A DNA stretch of 64,000 nt. Source: Lama glama (Eukaryota). Both the position numbers and the translations under genes were made by a program. The DNA lies in the NCBI GenBank assembly GCA_028534125.1, contig CM052832.1, positions 14,262,001 to 14,326,000 of the forward strand, read 5' to 3'. The number at the start of each line of letters is the position of its first letter. Within the stretch, counting starts at the first letter, position 1. This document shows, piece after piece, positions 12,706 to 24,059 of this stretch. The notes beneath the pieces are model-generated. The model worked only from the letters and a program-made list of their open reading frames with translations, searched no databases and had not been told where the DNA came from.

Positions 12706-13204
12706 CAATAGCCAAGACATGGAAACAGCCTAGATGTCCATCAACAGATGACTGGATAAAGAAGATGTGGTATATTTATACAATGGAATACTATTCAGCC
12801 ATAAAAACCAACAACATAATGCCATTTGCAGCAACATGGNNNNNNNNNNNNNNNNNNNNNNNNNNNNNNNNNNNNNNNNNNNNNNNNNNNNNNNNNNNNN
12901 NNNNNNNNNNNNNNNNNNNNNNNNNNNNNNNNNNNNNNNAGAACACAAACTTGTGGTTGCCAAGGGGGCAAGGGGTGGGAAGGGACAGACTGGGATTTCA
13001 AAATGTAGAATAGATAAACAAGATTATACTGTATAGCACAGGGAAATATATACAAGATCCTGTGGTAGCTCACAGCGAAAAAAATGTGACAATGACTATA
13101 CATATGTTCATGTATAACTGAAAAATTGTGCTCTACACTGGAATTTGATACAACATTGTAAAATGACTGTAACTCAATAAAAAAAAAGTTTAAAAAAATA
13201 AAAA
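12706..13204 (+). mobile_element. Young 5'-truncated L1 3' end with 16-bp TSD, spanning the assembly gap
   Basis: ORF2 tail (WYIYTMEYYSAIK), 3' UTR and A tail; perfect TSD taaagcataagaaaat at 12690-12705 and 13205-13220. Confidence 0.9.
12840..12939. other. Assembly gap (100 N)
   Basis: Run of exactly 100 N, typical of a placeholder of unknown true size. Confidence 0.99.
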
Positions 13205-14209
13205 TAAAGCATAAGAAAATTAAGTCAAAAGAAGAGTTGGCTTAAAAAACCCCTCAACATTAGGAATAAATATTAAAGAAATAAAAAGTAAGACATGATA
13301 TTAAAAACACATGTAACTAAACTGTACACTTAAAAGTGGTTAAGATGGTAAATTTTAAGTTATGTGTATTTTACCACAATAAAAAAAATTGGGTGGAATA
13401 AAAAAACAAAACACATGCAGACACTTATAAACCTCCAAGAACAGTATCAAATTCCCACTGGACAAACAAGGCTACAATAGGAATTCACATAAGCCAAAAA
13501 TGCTAATATTAAATAAACAACATGAAAAAGGTTCACTCTCATTAGTTATTAAAGAGTAAGAAAGAATATTTATGATGATATTATACTTAACAAATCACAA
13601 AAAAACCAAAGTAAAAGTATTTACATCCAACAGAGGATGAGATTATCACTATACACCTATTACAACAGCCAAAATCCAAAACTGACAATACCAAAGGCTG
13701 GCGGGAATGTAAAATGGCATAGAAAAATGGAACTCTGGAAGACAGTTTGGCAGTTTCTTACAAAGCTAAACATATTCTTACAGTAAGATCCAGCAATCCT
13801 ACTCGTACGTATTTACCCAAATGAGCTGAAAACTTATGTCCACAGAAAAACCTGCACATAGATGTTTATAGCAGCTTTATTCATAATTGCCCCAAACTGG
13901 AAGTAACCAAGCAAGATGTCCTTCAATAAACAAACTGTGGTACATTCACACTACGGAATATCATTCAGTGATAAAAAGAAAAGAGCTATTAAGTCATGGA
14001 AAGACATGGAGGAAACTTAAATGCATTTTACTAAGTGAAAGAAGCCAATCTGAAAAGGCTACATATAGTACGATTCCAACTATATGACATTCTGGAAAAG
14101 GCAAAACTACAGAGATAGTGAAAAGATCAGTGGTTGCCAAGGGTGCTGGGGGAGGGGAAGAGGGATGAACAGGTGGAGCACAGGGCATTTTTAGGGCAGT
14201 GACACTATT

Positions 14210-14456
14210 TTTTTTTTTTTGAGTCAAGATCTTTCTTATTTATTTATTTAATAATTTTAAAATTTTGTGTACAATTTTTAAAGGTTGCTTTCCACTCAGT
14301 TATTACAAAATATTGGCTTTATCCCCTGTGCAGTACAATGTATTCTTGAACCTATCTTACACCCAACAGTTTGTACCTCCCACTCCCCCACCCCTATGTT
14401 GCCCTTCCTCCTTCTCCCCACTGATAACCACTAATTTGGTCTCTGTATCTGTGAGT
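14210..14456 (-). mobile_element. Antisense L1 3'-end fragment nested in the L1MC
   Basis: Begins with a poly-T run followed by the reverse complement of an L1 3' UTR; imperfect TSD ggcagtgacactatt (14195-14209) / ggcaatgaaactatt (14457-14471). Confidence 0.7.
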
Positions 14457-14551
14457 GGCAATGAAACTATTCTGCATAAATCTATAATGTGGATACATGA
14501 CATTATACATTTTCAAAACCCACAGAATGTACAACACAAAGAGTGAACCAT

Positions 14552-14686
14552 CTGATGTCCATTCTCTTAATGGAGGCAAAGCTACAGTAGAGTCAAACTG
14601 TTACCCTAATGCTCTTCCCTGAGCTTGGAAAGCAGGTAGGATGATTTTTTAAATTTGTGAAATAAATCATAAATACAAAAAAAAAT
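14552..14686 (+). pseudogene. Short polyadenylated retro-insertion of non-repeat-looking sequence (mRNA 3'-end retrocopy or orphan 3' transduction)
   Basis: AATAAA at 14661-14666 and an A9 tail at 14677-14685; flanked by the direct repeat gagtgaaccat (14541-14551, 14687-14697), which interrupts otherwise continuous L1MC sequence. Confidence 0.6.
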
Positions 14687-15776
14687 GAGTGAACCATAAT
14701 GTATTTATGGACTTCAGTTAATAATAATGCCTTGATATTGGCTCATTAGTTGTAGCAGATATACCCCACCAGTGCAAATCTTAATAGGGGGAAACTAGGA
14801 ACTGAAGGGTGGGCGGTGGTGGTGGGGAGGAAGAGGAGAGTATATGGAAACTCTCTGTACTTTCTGCTCAGTTTTTCTGTAAACCTAAAACTGCTCTAAG
14901 AAACAAAGTCTAGTAATTACACACACACACACAAAATCAACCATCAATGTTAGCAAGGTCAGGAAAGGCAGGGGCAAGTGTGCACTGCTGATGGCACTAG
15001 AGGGGCTCCAGGTTTCCCAGAGGACAATTCGTCAGTGCTTAACCCCACCAGGAAAGGTTCAGGATCTGAGATAGAATAATCTCAGCTTCATAATTCATCC
15101 CACAAAAAGAATGGACACAAAAGAAGAGCTATTTGCAAAGGATGCGTGTTTAAACATTTTAGACAAGAACCATGAAGACCATCTGGATTAATGGAGGAAG
15201 GTTAACAAATTAACACTAAGTGAAAAGACAGTAAAGGCTGAACATTCATCCAGTTCCAACTCGCAGAAACCTTGACTCCAAATGAGATGAGGCAGAAGAG
15301 GCCACAATGAAATGAACAGCTGTGCTAAAAGGAGGGGGGGCATGATCTTTAAAAAATGAAGTCATTGAAATGAAAAGATACCAGCATGGAGCTGGAGCTG
15401 ACAGGTAGTTCTAAAGTGGACACGAAACCCTTCTGCTTGATTGCCAGCTCCTCCCTCTTGGGGTTTTTCTTTACTTTCCGCACAGCCTTCCTGTCACTCC
15501 TCATCCCTCCTGGGTCCTGCAAAGACAGACATCTATTCTTCCTCTATTCATGCCAGTTTAAGTACTGAAGTAGAAAACTTCTTCCTCTAGGATTTTTCTT
15601 CCTTTCTTCTCTTATGACCACCAGAGGTCTAGTTACCTCTTTTGAATATATTTTAAAATGTGGTATTCTTCAAACTGGGCTGTGTTGTACTTTGTGTGTC
15701 TCATGGAATAGAGTGTCATAGTGGGGACCCATGATTCAGTATCCTACGCCGAACTTTAGCTAATCTGTATATTCTT

Positions 15777-16012
15777 TTTTAAAACATTTTATATTGATGT
15801 ATAGTTGATTTACAGTGCTGTGTTAATTTCTGGTATACAGCATAGTGATCCATTTATACACATATATATTCCTTTTCATATTCTTTTTCATTATAGGCCA
15901 TTACAATTAAATATATTTCCCTGTGCTACATAGTAGAACCTTGTTATTTATCTATTTTATATATAGGAGTTAGTATCTGACTAATCATGAACTCCCAATT
16001 TATCCCTCCCCA
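15777..16012 (-). mobile_element. L1 3'-end fragment (cetartiodactyl-type 3' UTR), antisense
   Basis: ttgatgtatagttgatttacagtgctgtgttaatttctggtatacagcatagtgat...ccctgtgctacatagtag...aactcccaatttatccctcccc is the reverse complement of an L1 3' terminus. Confidence 0.8.
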
Positions 16013-16044
16013 TTAGACATGTACAGTTAAAAAAAATTTTTGAT

Positions 16045-16127
16045 GGGGGAGGGTATAGTATAGCTCAGTGGTATAGTGTACAACTAGCATGCACGAAGTC
16101 CTGGGTTCAATTCCCAGTACCTCTATT

Positions 16128-16159
<32 letters not shown>

Positions 16160-16190
16160 AAACATAATTACTTCCCTCACCCCATAAAAA
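16045..16190 (+). mobile_element. vic-1-like tRNA-derived SINE
   Basis: ggggagggtatag(ta)tagctcagtggtatag...gtcctgggttcaattcccagtacctc, (aaat)n tail, taattacttccc; flanked by aaaaattttt on both sides. Confidence 0.88.
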
Positions 16191-16279
16191 TTTTTTTTTT
16201 AAACGGAGGTACCTGGGATTGAACCTAGGACCTTGTGCATGCTAAGCATGCGCTCTATCACTGAGTTACACCCATCCCC
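16191..16279 (-). mobile_element. vic-1-like tRNA-derived SINE, antisense
   Basis: Reverse complement reads ggggatgggtgtaactcagtgatagagcgcatgcttagcatgcacaaggtcctaggttcaatcccaggtacctcc followed by an A run. Confidence 0.88.
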
Positions 16280-16294
16280 CTGTATATTCTTAAA

Positions 16295-16870
16295 GCAATG
16301 TTCATGAGGCTGTGGGGAAACAGGCACAGTTTTACATTGCTGGTGGGAATATACATTGGTATAAGCTCTATGCAATTTGGCAGTTATCAATCAAAATTAC
16401 AAAGGTATATACCATCTGCCCCAGCAACTTCACATCTAGTCTACAGGCAGACACACATGTGTGAAGAGTGGCACATGTTCAAGGTTACTCATGGCATCCC
16501 TGAATGTCATAACAGCAAAAAACCCCAAACCACAAAAATTTCTATCAATATAGATATTCTATACTATGCAGACATAAAGAAATAAGGACATTCCTTACGT
16601 ATTGACATGGGAAGATCTCCAAAATAAATAAAAATGTCAAGATATAAACAGTGTCTTTTGTATGCTGCAACTGCCATAAAAAAAAATCTGTGGAAAGACA
16701 GTGAAGCAATTACTAAAGAAGGTTGCCTGTGGAAGGATTACTGAATGACTGGGGCATAGCGATGGAAGGGTGACTTTTCACTGTACATCTTTTACACTTA
16801 CAAAAAAACCTTAAGCTTTGTGAATGTGTTACCTATGTAAAATAAACAAATAAAAATATATAAATAAAAG
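16295..16870 (+). mobile_element. Ancient L1 (L1ME-like) remnant
   Basis: gaggctgtggggaaacaggcac...cattgctggtggga...caatttggcagttatc...cccagcaacttcacatctag; A-rich end. Confidence 0.55.
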
Positions 16871-19029
16871 AAGAGAGTCTAAAAGCACTCCTTTTGTTGG
16901 CTACAGGGATATCTATGACTCTCTACAAGGCATGGCTAGTACAGAGCTGACAGGAGAGATTCCATGATGTTACAGCTTTGCAGCAAAAGCACATCTGAAA
17001 ACTCAGCTTTCCAACTCATGGATGCCATTCTCAAGAATCAGATGGAAAGGAGATCAAGGTGAGCATGAAACAATAGCAAGTTTATATAAGACCTGAGGGC
17101 ACACTGGCTCCAACACGTGTGTCCCCAGCTTGGTATGTCCACAGCCTGGTCACAAGGATGGGTCTGGCTGAAGTGGAAGCTAAGCAGGGGGTGCTTTTCT
17201 CTCTCACTGTTTCTGTGGCCCCAAGGCAGTACCACCTAGGTTGAGAGGGTGATCTTCTCAGACAGAGAGAACTTTGGTTTCAGGTACCCCTGCTATATCC
17301 TCTACATCTAAGTCTCAGGTCAATTCTACAATCTCAAGCAGACCCCAGTTCCTAGGTTCTTATCTTAATGGCATGGGTCTCATGCTTTACTGGCTATCCT
17401 AAAGCAGCAGGGACTTCAAAAAATGAAGAGTTATGCAGTAAGAAATGGTCCCAAGCTAACAAGTTATATCTGGGTGTCTCACAGATGAACCGTTAATTAA
17501 GGCACGCTTGGGGCGAATGTTAACCCAGAAGCACTAGACGTGCTCTGACTTCCAGCTGGTGTCAGTGTAACACACTTTGAAACATCATAGATCTTTATGA
17601 ACTGTAAGTGAGGAGCCCCAGTGGGCCCTGTACTTTTACTAGCAAAAAAAAAAAAAAAAAAGGTTTGTGAGACCCTCAAATGTCCATACCTTGACTGATA
17701 CCTGCCAGGGTGAGAGGCATCTGGGGTTCCGTCAGTAGCTTAAGGCCACCACTTAAATGTGATGGCTTCAGCTGCACTTAAATTTGTATCTCAGTTTTTT
17801 TTTCCCCCCACTCAACAGAACAAAATTTCCCCATTCTGTTAAGTGAAAGATGCTGATTACATATCTACTCTAAATTAATTTTGTGGGTGACCTGTTCATT
17901 AAGATGGGCATATTCTTGTTTAGTTGGTCGGAAACTCTCCTTACAATATAAACATCAACATCTAAATGATACAAGGATAAGACTGTGTTTCCAGGTGCAG
18001 TGAAAAGATTACTCTGCAAGGTATGTCTTTCCCTTAAACATTGACTCTTTAGTGGGGAAAATAACACACTCCTACTTTCTGTTGAACTGCTCATAATTTA
18101 AGTTCCTGGAGAGTAAGCATTTCAGCTTAATTAGCACCTAACAAAGAATGTGCCCATAGATACTAAATGAATAATACTATTAGGTCACATAGCTAACTGA
18201 GCTCTTTAGCTCAAATTTGAATCCTAAATCAGCTCCACTTACTATGAATTAGATCTAATTGAAACTCTTGAGACCAGATTTGAAACTACTCATATACTAC
18301 AGAACTATAAGTTCCTTAAGAGAAGTGCCTAGCAGAGGAGCAAATGCTGAGTGAAAGAATGAAGGAGAGAAGGAACCGAGTCCTACCATCTCAACTCTTC
18401 CCCCAGCCCCAGCTAGGACGACCACTTTTTCCTCACTTGGAATACCATCTTGCCTCATCTCTCACATCCACGTTCAGTTTTCTCCCAGACTCAGGTCAAG
18501 AACAAGCTCTCTCTGGCCAATAGCACACTAGACCATCAGACTCCAGCCCACTCCCTCAGCACTCAGCAGTGAAGCTACTCGAGGTGGCTTGTCTGTAGAG
18601 TTCCAGGAGGGCAAGGATGCATCTCTCCATCATTGGATCCTGTGTCCAGCACAGCGCCCAGAACATGGCAGGCACTCACTGGGTATTACTTTAGCAAAGG
18701 AAGAAAGGAAGGACTCTTACCACCAACACCACTACCCTGTGTAGAGCTCAGCATTTTCCAACATGCTCGCAGATAGACAGATATATTATCTTGCTTGCTC
18801 TAAGTACTACTTCATCGACTCACAGTGGGAGGGGCTGACAGCTCATTTCTAGTCTAAAGCAGTCATCCTGTAGATGAAAATACAGATGCCAGAGCTGCCA
18901 GAAGAGTCTCAAAGGATCTCACAGCTACCTGGTGGCAGAGCCAGGTCTCACCCCTAGGTGCCAGTGTTCTTCCCACCATACTCCTTTGTCTCTTGCCCAG
19001 TAAGAGTATTCTTTCTGTTTCCATCTACT

Positions 19030-20060
19030 CTTGTCTAACAGACTTGTATATCCAGCTGCTTACTCAAGATCTCCATGTCCAAAAAACATCTCAAACTTGA
19101 CATATTCAGAAGTGAATTTATCTCCCCCTTTTCAAAACCTGCCCTTTTTCTAGGCTCCCTCATTTCAGTAAATGGGAACTCCACCCTCTAACTGCTCAGG
19201 CCAAAAATGAGGGAGCCATCCTTAATTTCTCTATTTCTTTCACATGCCACATCCAATCCATCAGCAAAACCTGTTATTCCTCTTTCCATCCAAAATATAT
19301 CCAAAATCCAACCACTTCTCACTCTCCTGCTGCTTTACTTTGGGTCTAAGCCACCAAATTCTCTTGCCTGGACTACTGCTGTAGGTTCCTAATCGGTTTC
19401 CTTCCTTCTGCTCTTGCCCCTACAACTTACTCACAGCATGGCAGCCAGAATGATCTTTTATGTCAGATCATGTTACTTATCTGCGTAGACCCCTCCAATG
19501 GCTCCCATCTCAATCACAATAAAATCCAGAGGCCTATAATGCCTAATATGATCTGCCACCAATCTATTCCAACCCTCACATCTCCTGCTGTTTCCCCTCT
19601 CTCACCCTACTGCAGCCATACTGGCTGGCATCCCCATGTTTCTTGAATAAAGGAGCATACTCCTGCCTCAGGGCTTTTGCACTTGCTGTTCCCTCTGACT
19701 GGAATACACTTCCAGATAAATGCCTGGCTCATGCCTTAACTTCCTTCAGGTCTTTGTTCAAATGTCACCTTTTCAGTGAGATCTTCCTTGTCCACCCTAC
19801 TTAAAAGGTAATACCTCAACTTTTGGTACTCTTTTATCTCCCTTCTCTGCTTAATTTTCTCAATATATATTTTACTTGTTTGTTTATCCTATATTTCTGC
19901 CTCATCCACTCCCCAACAGGTGAGCTCCTAAAGTCCTGGAACTTTGTTTTATTCACTGCTCTATCCTCAGGTACCAGAAAAGTACCTGGCATCTAACAGA
20001 TATTCACCAAAGACTTGTGGAATAAATTGAGCGAGTGAGTGAGTGAGTGAGTGAATGAAC
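19030..20060 (+). mobile_element. L2 LINE 3' region
   Basis: catctcaaacttgacat...cctgcctcagggcttttgcacttgctgttccctctgactggaat...gttcaaatgtcaccttttcagtgag; ends with a (gagt)n/gaat tail. Confidence 0.85.
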
Positions 20061-22544
20061 ACCCACACCTTTAGGACCTCCCAGTCATCTAAAGGGTTTA
20101 GGCCAGAAGGGGAAGACTGGTTGAGCTCTGCTCTCTCCCTGACTTCCCCCACTGCCTCACTTTCTCTTCAGGCCCAGTCCAGCTTTTGACCACAAGAAAT
20201 CACACCTGGGCTGGGAAGCAGGGCAGTACTAGGGCAACAGGTGCTTGTTACCACTATGGTACAATTCTGCAGGGTGGCAGGGTGCTGATTTTTGTATTTA
20301 GCATCTTGATATCTCACAAACAGAAGAGGTCAAAAATAGATGAGGACTAAATATACTACTTAACCTAGATAACAGTACTGATTCAGTAACAGCAGCTCAT
20401 TTACCCTGTGATGGTTTCCAAGGAACAGTGCTAAATTCTCACTTGTTCACCTAGCTGTCCTTTCTTCTCCCTCAAACTTTTTATTATGGATTACAAGCAT
20501 ACATCAAAGTAGCAAGAATAGTATAATGAACCCCATTAACCCATTACCCAACTTCAACAATTTACTAACATTTTGCCAATCTGGTTTCTTCTATTCTTTG
20601 ATTGTCTCTGCAACCCCCACTAAGTAGTTCATCTAGCGGTTTTCTTGAGAACTGGTCTATATATGTCAGACCCTGGCCTTGTTACCACTGTACTTTAGCA
20701 ACTATATCAATCAATCTCTCTAGTCTTACCAGAAATACAGTAAAAAGAAGTGCTTACACTCATTCCCCCACGTCAACAATGGCTAAAAAAGGAAGTGTCT
20801 AAATTTCAGACTGTTTATATCAAGGGACTTACCCATTATCACGTTTGGAGGGAATTGAGAAGGGTTGTTGTGGCTACAAAATGGATGCAGATATGAGCTA
20901 CTTTCACTTGTTTGTCTCTGATGCAGAATTTCTGAATGAGTTCATTCAATCCAGTAAGTTTTTAACCAACTACCTGCTAAATATGAGGGACAGGATTAAG
21001 GCAGAAGATAAAGAAAACCCAGCCTCTGTTCTCAAGGAAAGCACAGTGGGGGTGGGGGTGGGGGTGGGGGTGGGGTGGATGTTCAGTGAAAAGAGTACAC
21101 AAGATCCAAGGCAGAATATGTTCTGTGCGTAAGAAAGATGAAACAAGCCTAAGGCAAAAGCTTTTTAAAAATCAACCCACAGAATTTGCAGATCCCAAGA
21201 TTTAACCCTTCTTTAACTGTAGTTTTTCCCTCTGCTGAATTTATTGCTAAACAGCCAACAAGTGTATTATAGGAGACCTGGGAATTTGGTGACCTACAGA
21301 ACAGATTTTGGGATGTGGATCTTTAATGTCACATTATGCTAGTCACCATTCAGTCTTCCAGTGGGAGGGGACTGGAAAGTCCTCCCAGGGCTTGGAAAAC
21401 AATCGGGCTAATTCAATGCTGACACTCAAAGCATTCTACCCTGAGGGCATACATAGCAAGCAGCTTCCTAAACAGGATAGGATAGTGGGAATGTCTCAAG
21501 GAGACATGGCTAGATTGATTCAGGATTTTCAAAGTCTCTCTCCTGGCTCCCTAAAGGACTGTGGTCTTGGTGATCTGTTATCAGAGGTTCCCAGAGAAGA
21601 ATGCAGTTCTTTGGACAAACCAAAGTGGCCAATGAGGTTTGGCTGGTCAGTGCTGCATGTGAAGGAAGGAGATCTGAGAGTGGCAGGGTCACCCATGTAG
21701 CTCCAGAGTTAGATGCACAGGAGAGTGGAAGAAGGGGCGGAGGTGGGATGGGAGAAAGGTTTAATCATAATCACTGTTACCAAGATTGGTGAGGTGAGGA
21801 TGGATGGGAGAAAAATAAAAGTAAGGCAGGAAAAAGGCACTGTGTGAAGGGATAGGGACATAGGAAGAGGGAAAGGGTGAAATATGATTCCAGTTCGAAA
21901 AGGAGTTCACTGATGAAAATGAAGAAGATGCCAGGAGATCCAGGAATCTGAGAGGCAGGATATCACAGGATTTTGAAAGTGAAGAAGGATCTTAGAATGG
22001 GAGGGTATATAGGTTATGAAGGATGGGTTCACGTGGGGATGGAAGCAGCTCATTTCACTGAAGCTGGGTGAAGAAGTCCCTAGGTGAAAGCCTAATTCTG
22101 ATGAAGGTTTTGTGTAACAGGATGTGGCTGAGGATGGTAGAAGGAAGGCAGGTGGAACACACAAAAGAGATTGAAACTAGGAAGAGACCATCTACTGGGC
22201 TAGAGGATTTCAGAGTATATGAATTCCTGGGGTTAAGGATGAGAAGATTTGGGGGTGAAGTACCAGTGAGGTGGGAGCTCCAAGGACTCATAAGTTGAGA
22301 GGACATTTGGACCAAGTGTAAAGGGAGGTATTAAGGTGCAGGGGGTCTCTGGGCATTTGGGGTCAAAGGTCATGAACAATGGGTTGAGGGATTCACCAAG
22401 CCATGGGGCAAAGGTTAATAGAAACCTTGAAGGTCATGGAATGTGTTGATGTTGGCTTAGGGATTAGAAAATAAGGAATAAGGGGCTGAGGGTGGCCTGG
22501 AAAACTAGGTAGGTTTAGGGGCAAGAGAAGCAATGGATCAAATG

Positions 22545-22765
22545 GGTTTTAAAGACTCTGGGTTCAAATCCCAGCTCTGCTACTCATATGGGTGAGTTTT
22601 AGGTTCTTCATTTGTTTAAAACCAAACCAAAACAACAAAAAATGGGAAATGATGGTAGATAGAGTAAGAATCACTTCTTGAGGTTGTTAAGGGGGAAACT
22701 TAATCTATACATACAAAGTTTGGCACACAGTAGGTACTTAGCAGTAAGTGCCAACCATTATTAAG
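22545..22765 (+). mobile_element. MIR SINE remnant
   Basis: ctgggttcaaatcccagctctgctact...tggcacacagtaggtact. Confidence 0.6.
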
Positions 22766-23329
22766 GAGATACCAGGGTAAAGAACCAGAGAAGTGAGGAG
22801 GCCACAGTGGAGATAAGAGGATAAGGATTCCAAGAGCTCAGTGATACAAAGATAATGCAAGGTGTGGGCCCTGTGTTCATTATCTGTTCACTCCCTAGAA
22901 CCTAAGACAGAGTAAGACTCATAGGAGCTTCGCAGCTTATACTTAAGGGTTTCTGTGGGCCAGGCATGGTGCCAAGGGTTTTGCATGCATTATCTCAAGC
23001 ATTACTATTGTCCACCCCTAGCAGAGGTGGAGACAGGCTAAATGGCATGCCTAAGGTGCCACAGCAGAAGGGCCAGAGTCAGACTAGAACTCAGGTCTCT
23101 TAATAAACTAATACTCCAAGCTGAAGTGAATATGCTTTGCATATTAACTGATGGGTTCTGATCAAGGGAAATGGATATGGACTATTAAGAATATTAAGAG
23201 TGTAGGGGGTCATGGGAGTGAGGGAATAAGGTTCATGAAGCAAGTGGACCCTGGGGTGAGGTTACAAGAGTAAACTAGGGAGGAGTACAAAAATGACTGC
23301 AAACAAACATTATCTTGACTGAGAACTGC

Positions 23330-23480
23330 AGAATTTCGCAGCTGGAAATAAACTCTGAGATCATTTAACCCAACTTTATCACAATACAGATGAGAAACAG
23401 GTTCAGAGCGAGGAAAGGACTTCTCCCAGGTTGCCAAAACACAACAGTGGCAGAGCTAGGACTTGAATGTGGGACCACGC
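23330..23480 (-). mobile_element. MIR-family remnant
   Basis: tacagatgagaaacaggttcagagcgaggaaaggacttctcccaggtt...gtggcagagctaggacttgaa. Confidence 0.55.
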
Positions 23481-24059
23481 TCAATCCAAATTATTTGATG
23501 CCTCCAACTATCGCTACTTCATATTCATCTCTGTATTCTCCTGGGCACCAGCTTGGTGCTAGCTAGGACACTTGTAAGTCATGTGCTGACTGACACTGGA
23601 GGATGGAGTGCAGAGAGCGGTGTCAGTGGTGGTGACTTTAGGATGAAGGAGGAACATGTTATGAGGATCAAGCGGTTACAGAGCAAAAAAAGGATTATCA
23701 GATATTGAGGGTTATGTAGAAGATGACTGGGTGGGAAACTATTGTAGTAGGTACGGCTTAGGAGTTACCAGACAAGGTTTGAGGAGAGTCACCAAATTTG
23801 TGGGAGAACATAGGGTAGAACTCGAAGGGTTACCAGACCAGTAGGGTCACTGAAAAGGTTTAGGGGTCACCAAGGAGGGATGTGGGGCTCTTGGGTCATG
23901 TATCATTGGTTGAGAGCTGAAGGAGTCGCTGGGTTGGTAGGTTCCTAGGCAGTGCTGGGGAAATTCCTGGGTTGGCAAAGTCAAAGTATAAGAAGTGAGG
24001 ACTATCAGCTGAGGTCCTAGGGTCAGTGGGTAGGATTGGGGTGGGGGTCACAGAAGAGG

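Larger units (their letters stand above)
13500..14920 (+). mobile_element. Old L1 (L1MC-like) 3' region, interrupted by two later insertions
   Basis: gattccaactatatgacattctggaaaaggcaaaactac...aaaagatcagtggttgcc...gagtgaacc...tatggacttcagttaataata...ctgtaaacctaaaactgctcta. Confidence 0.8.
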
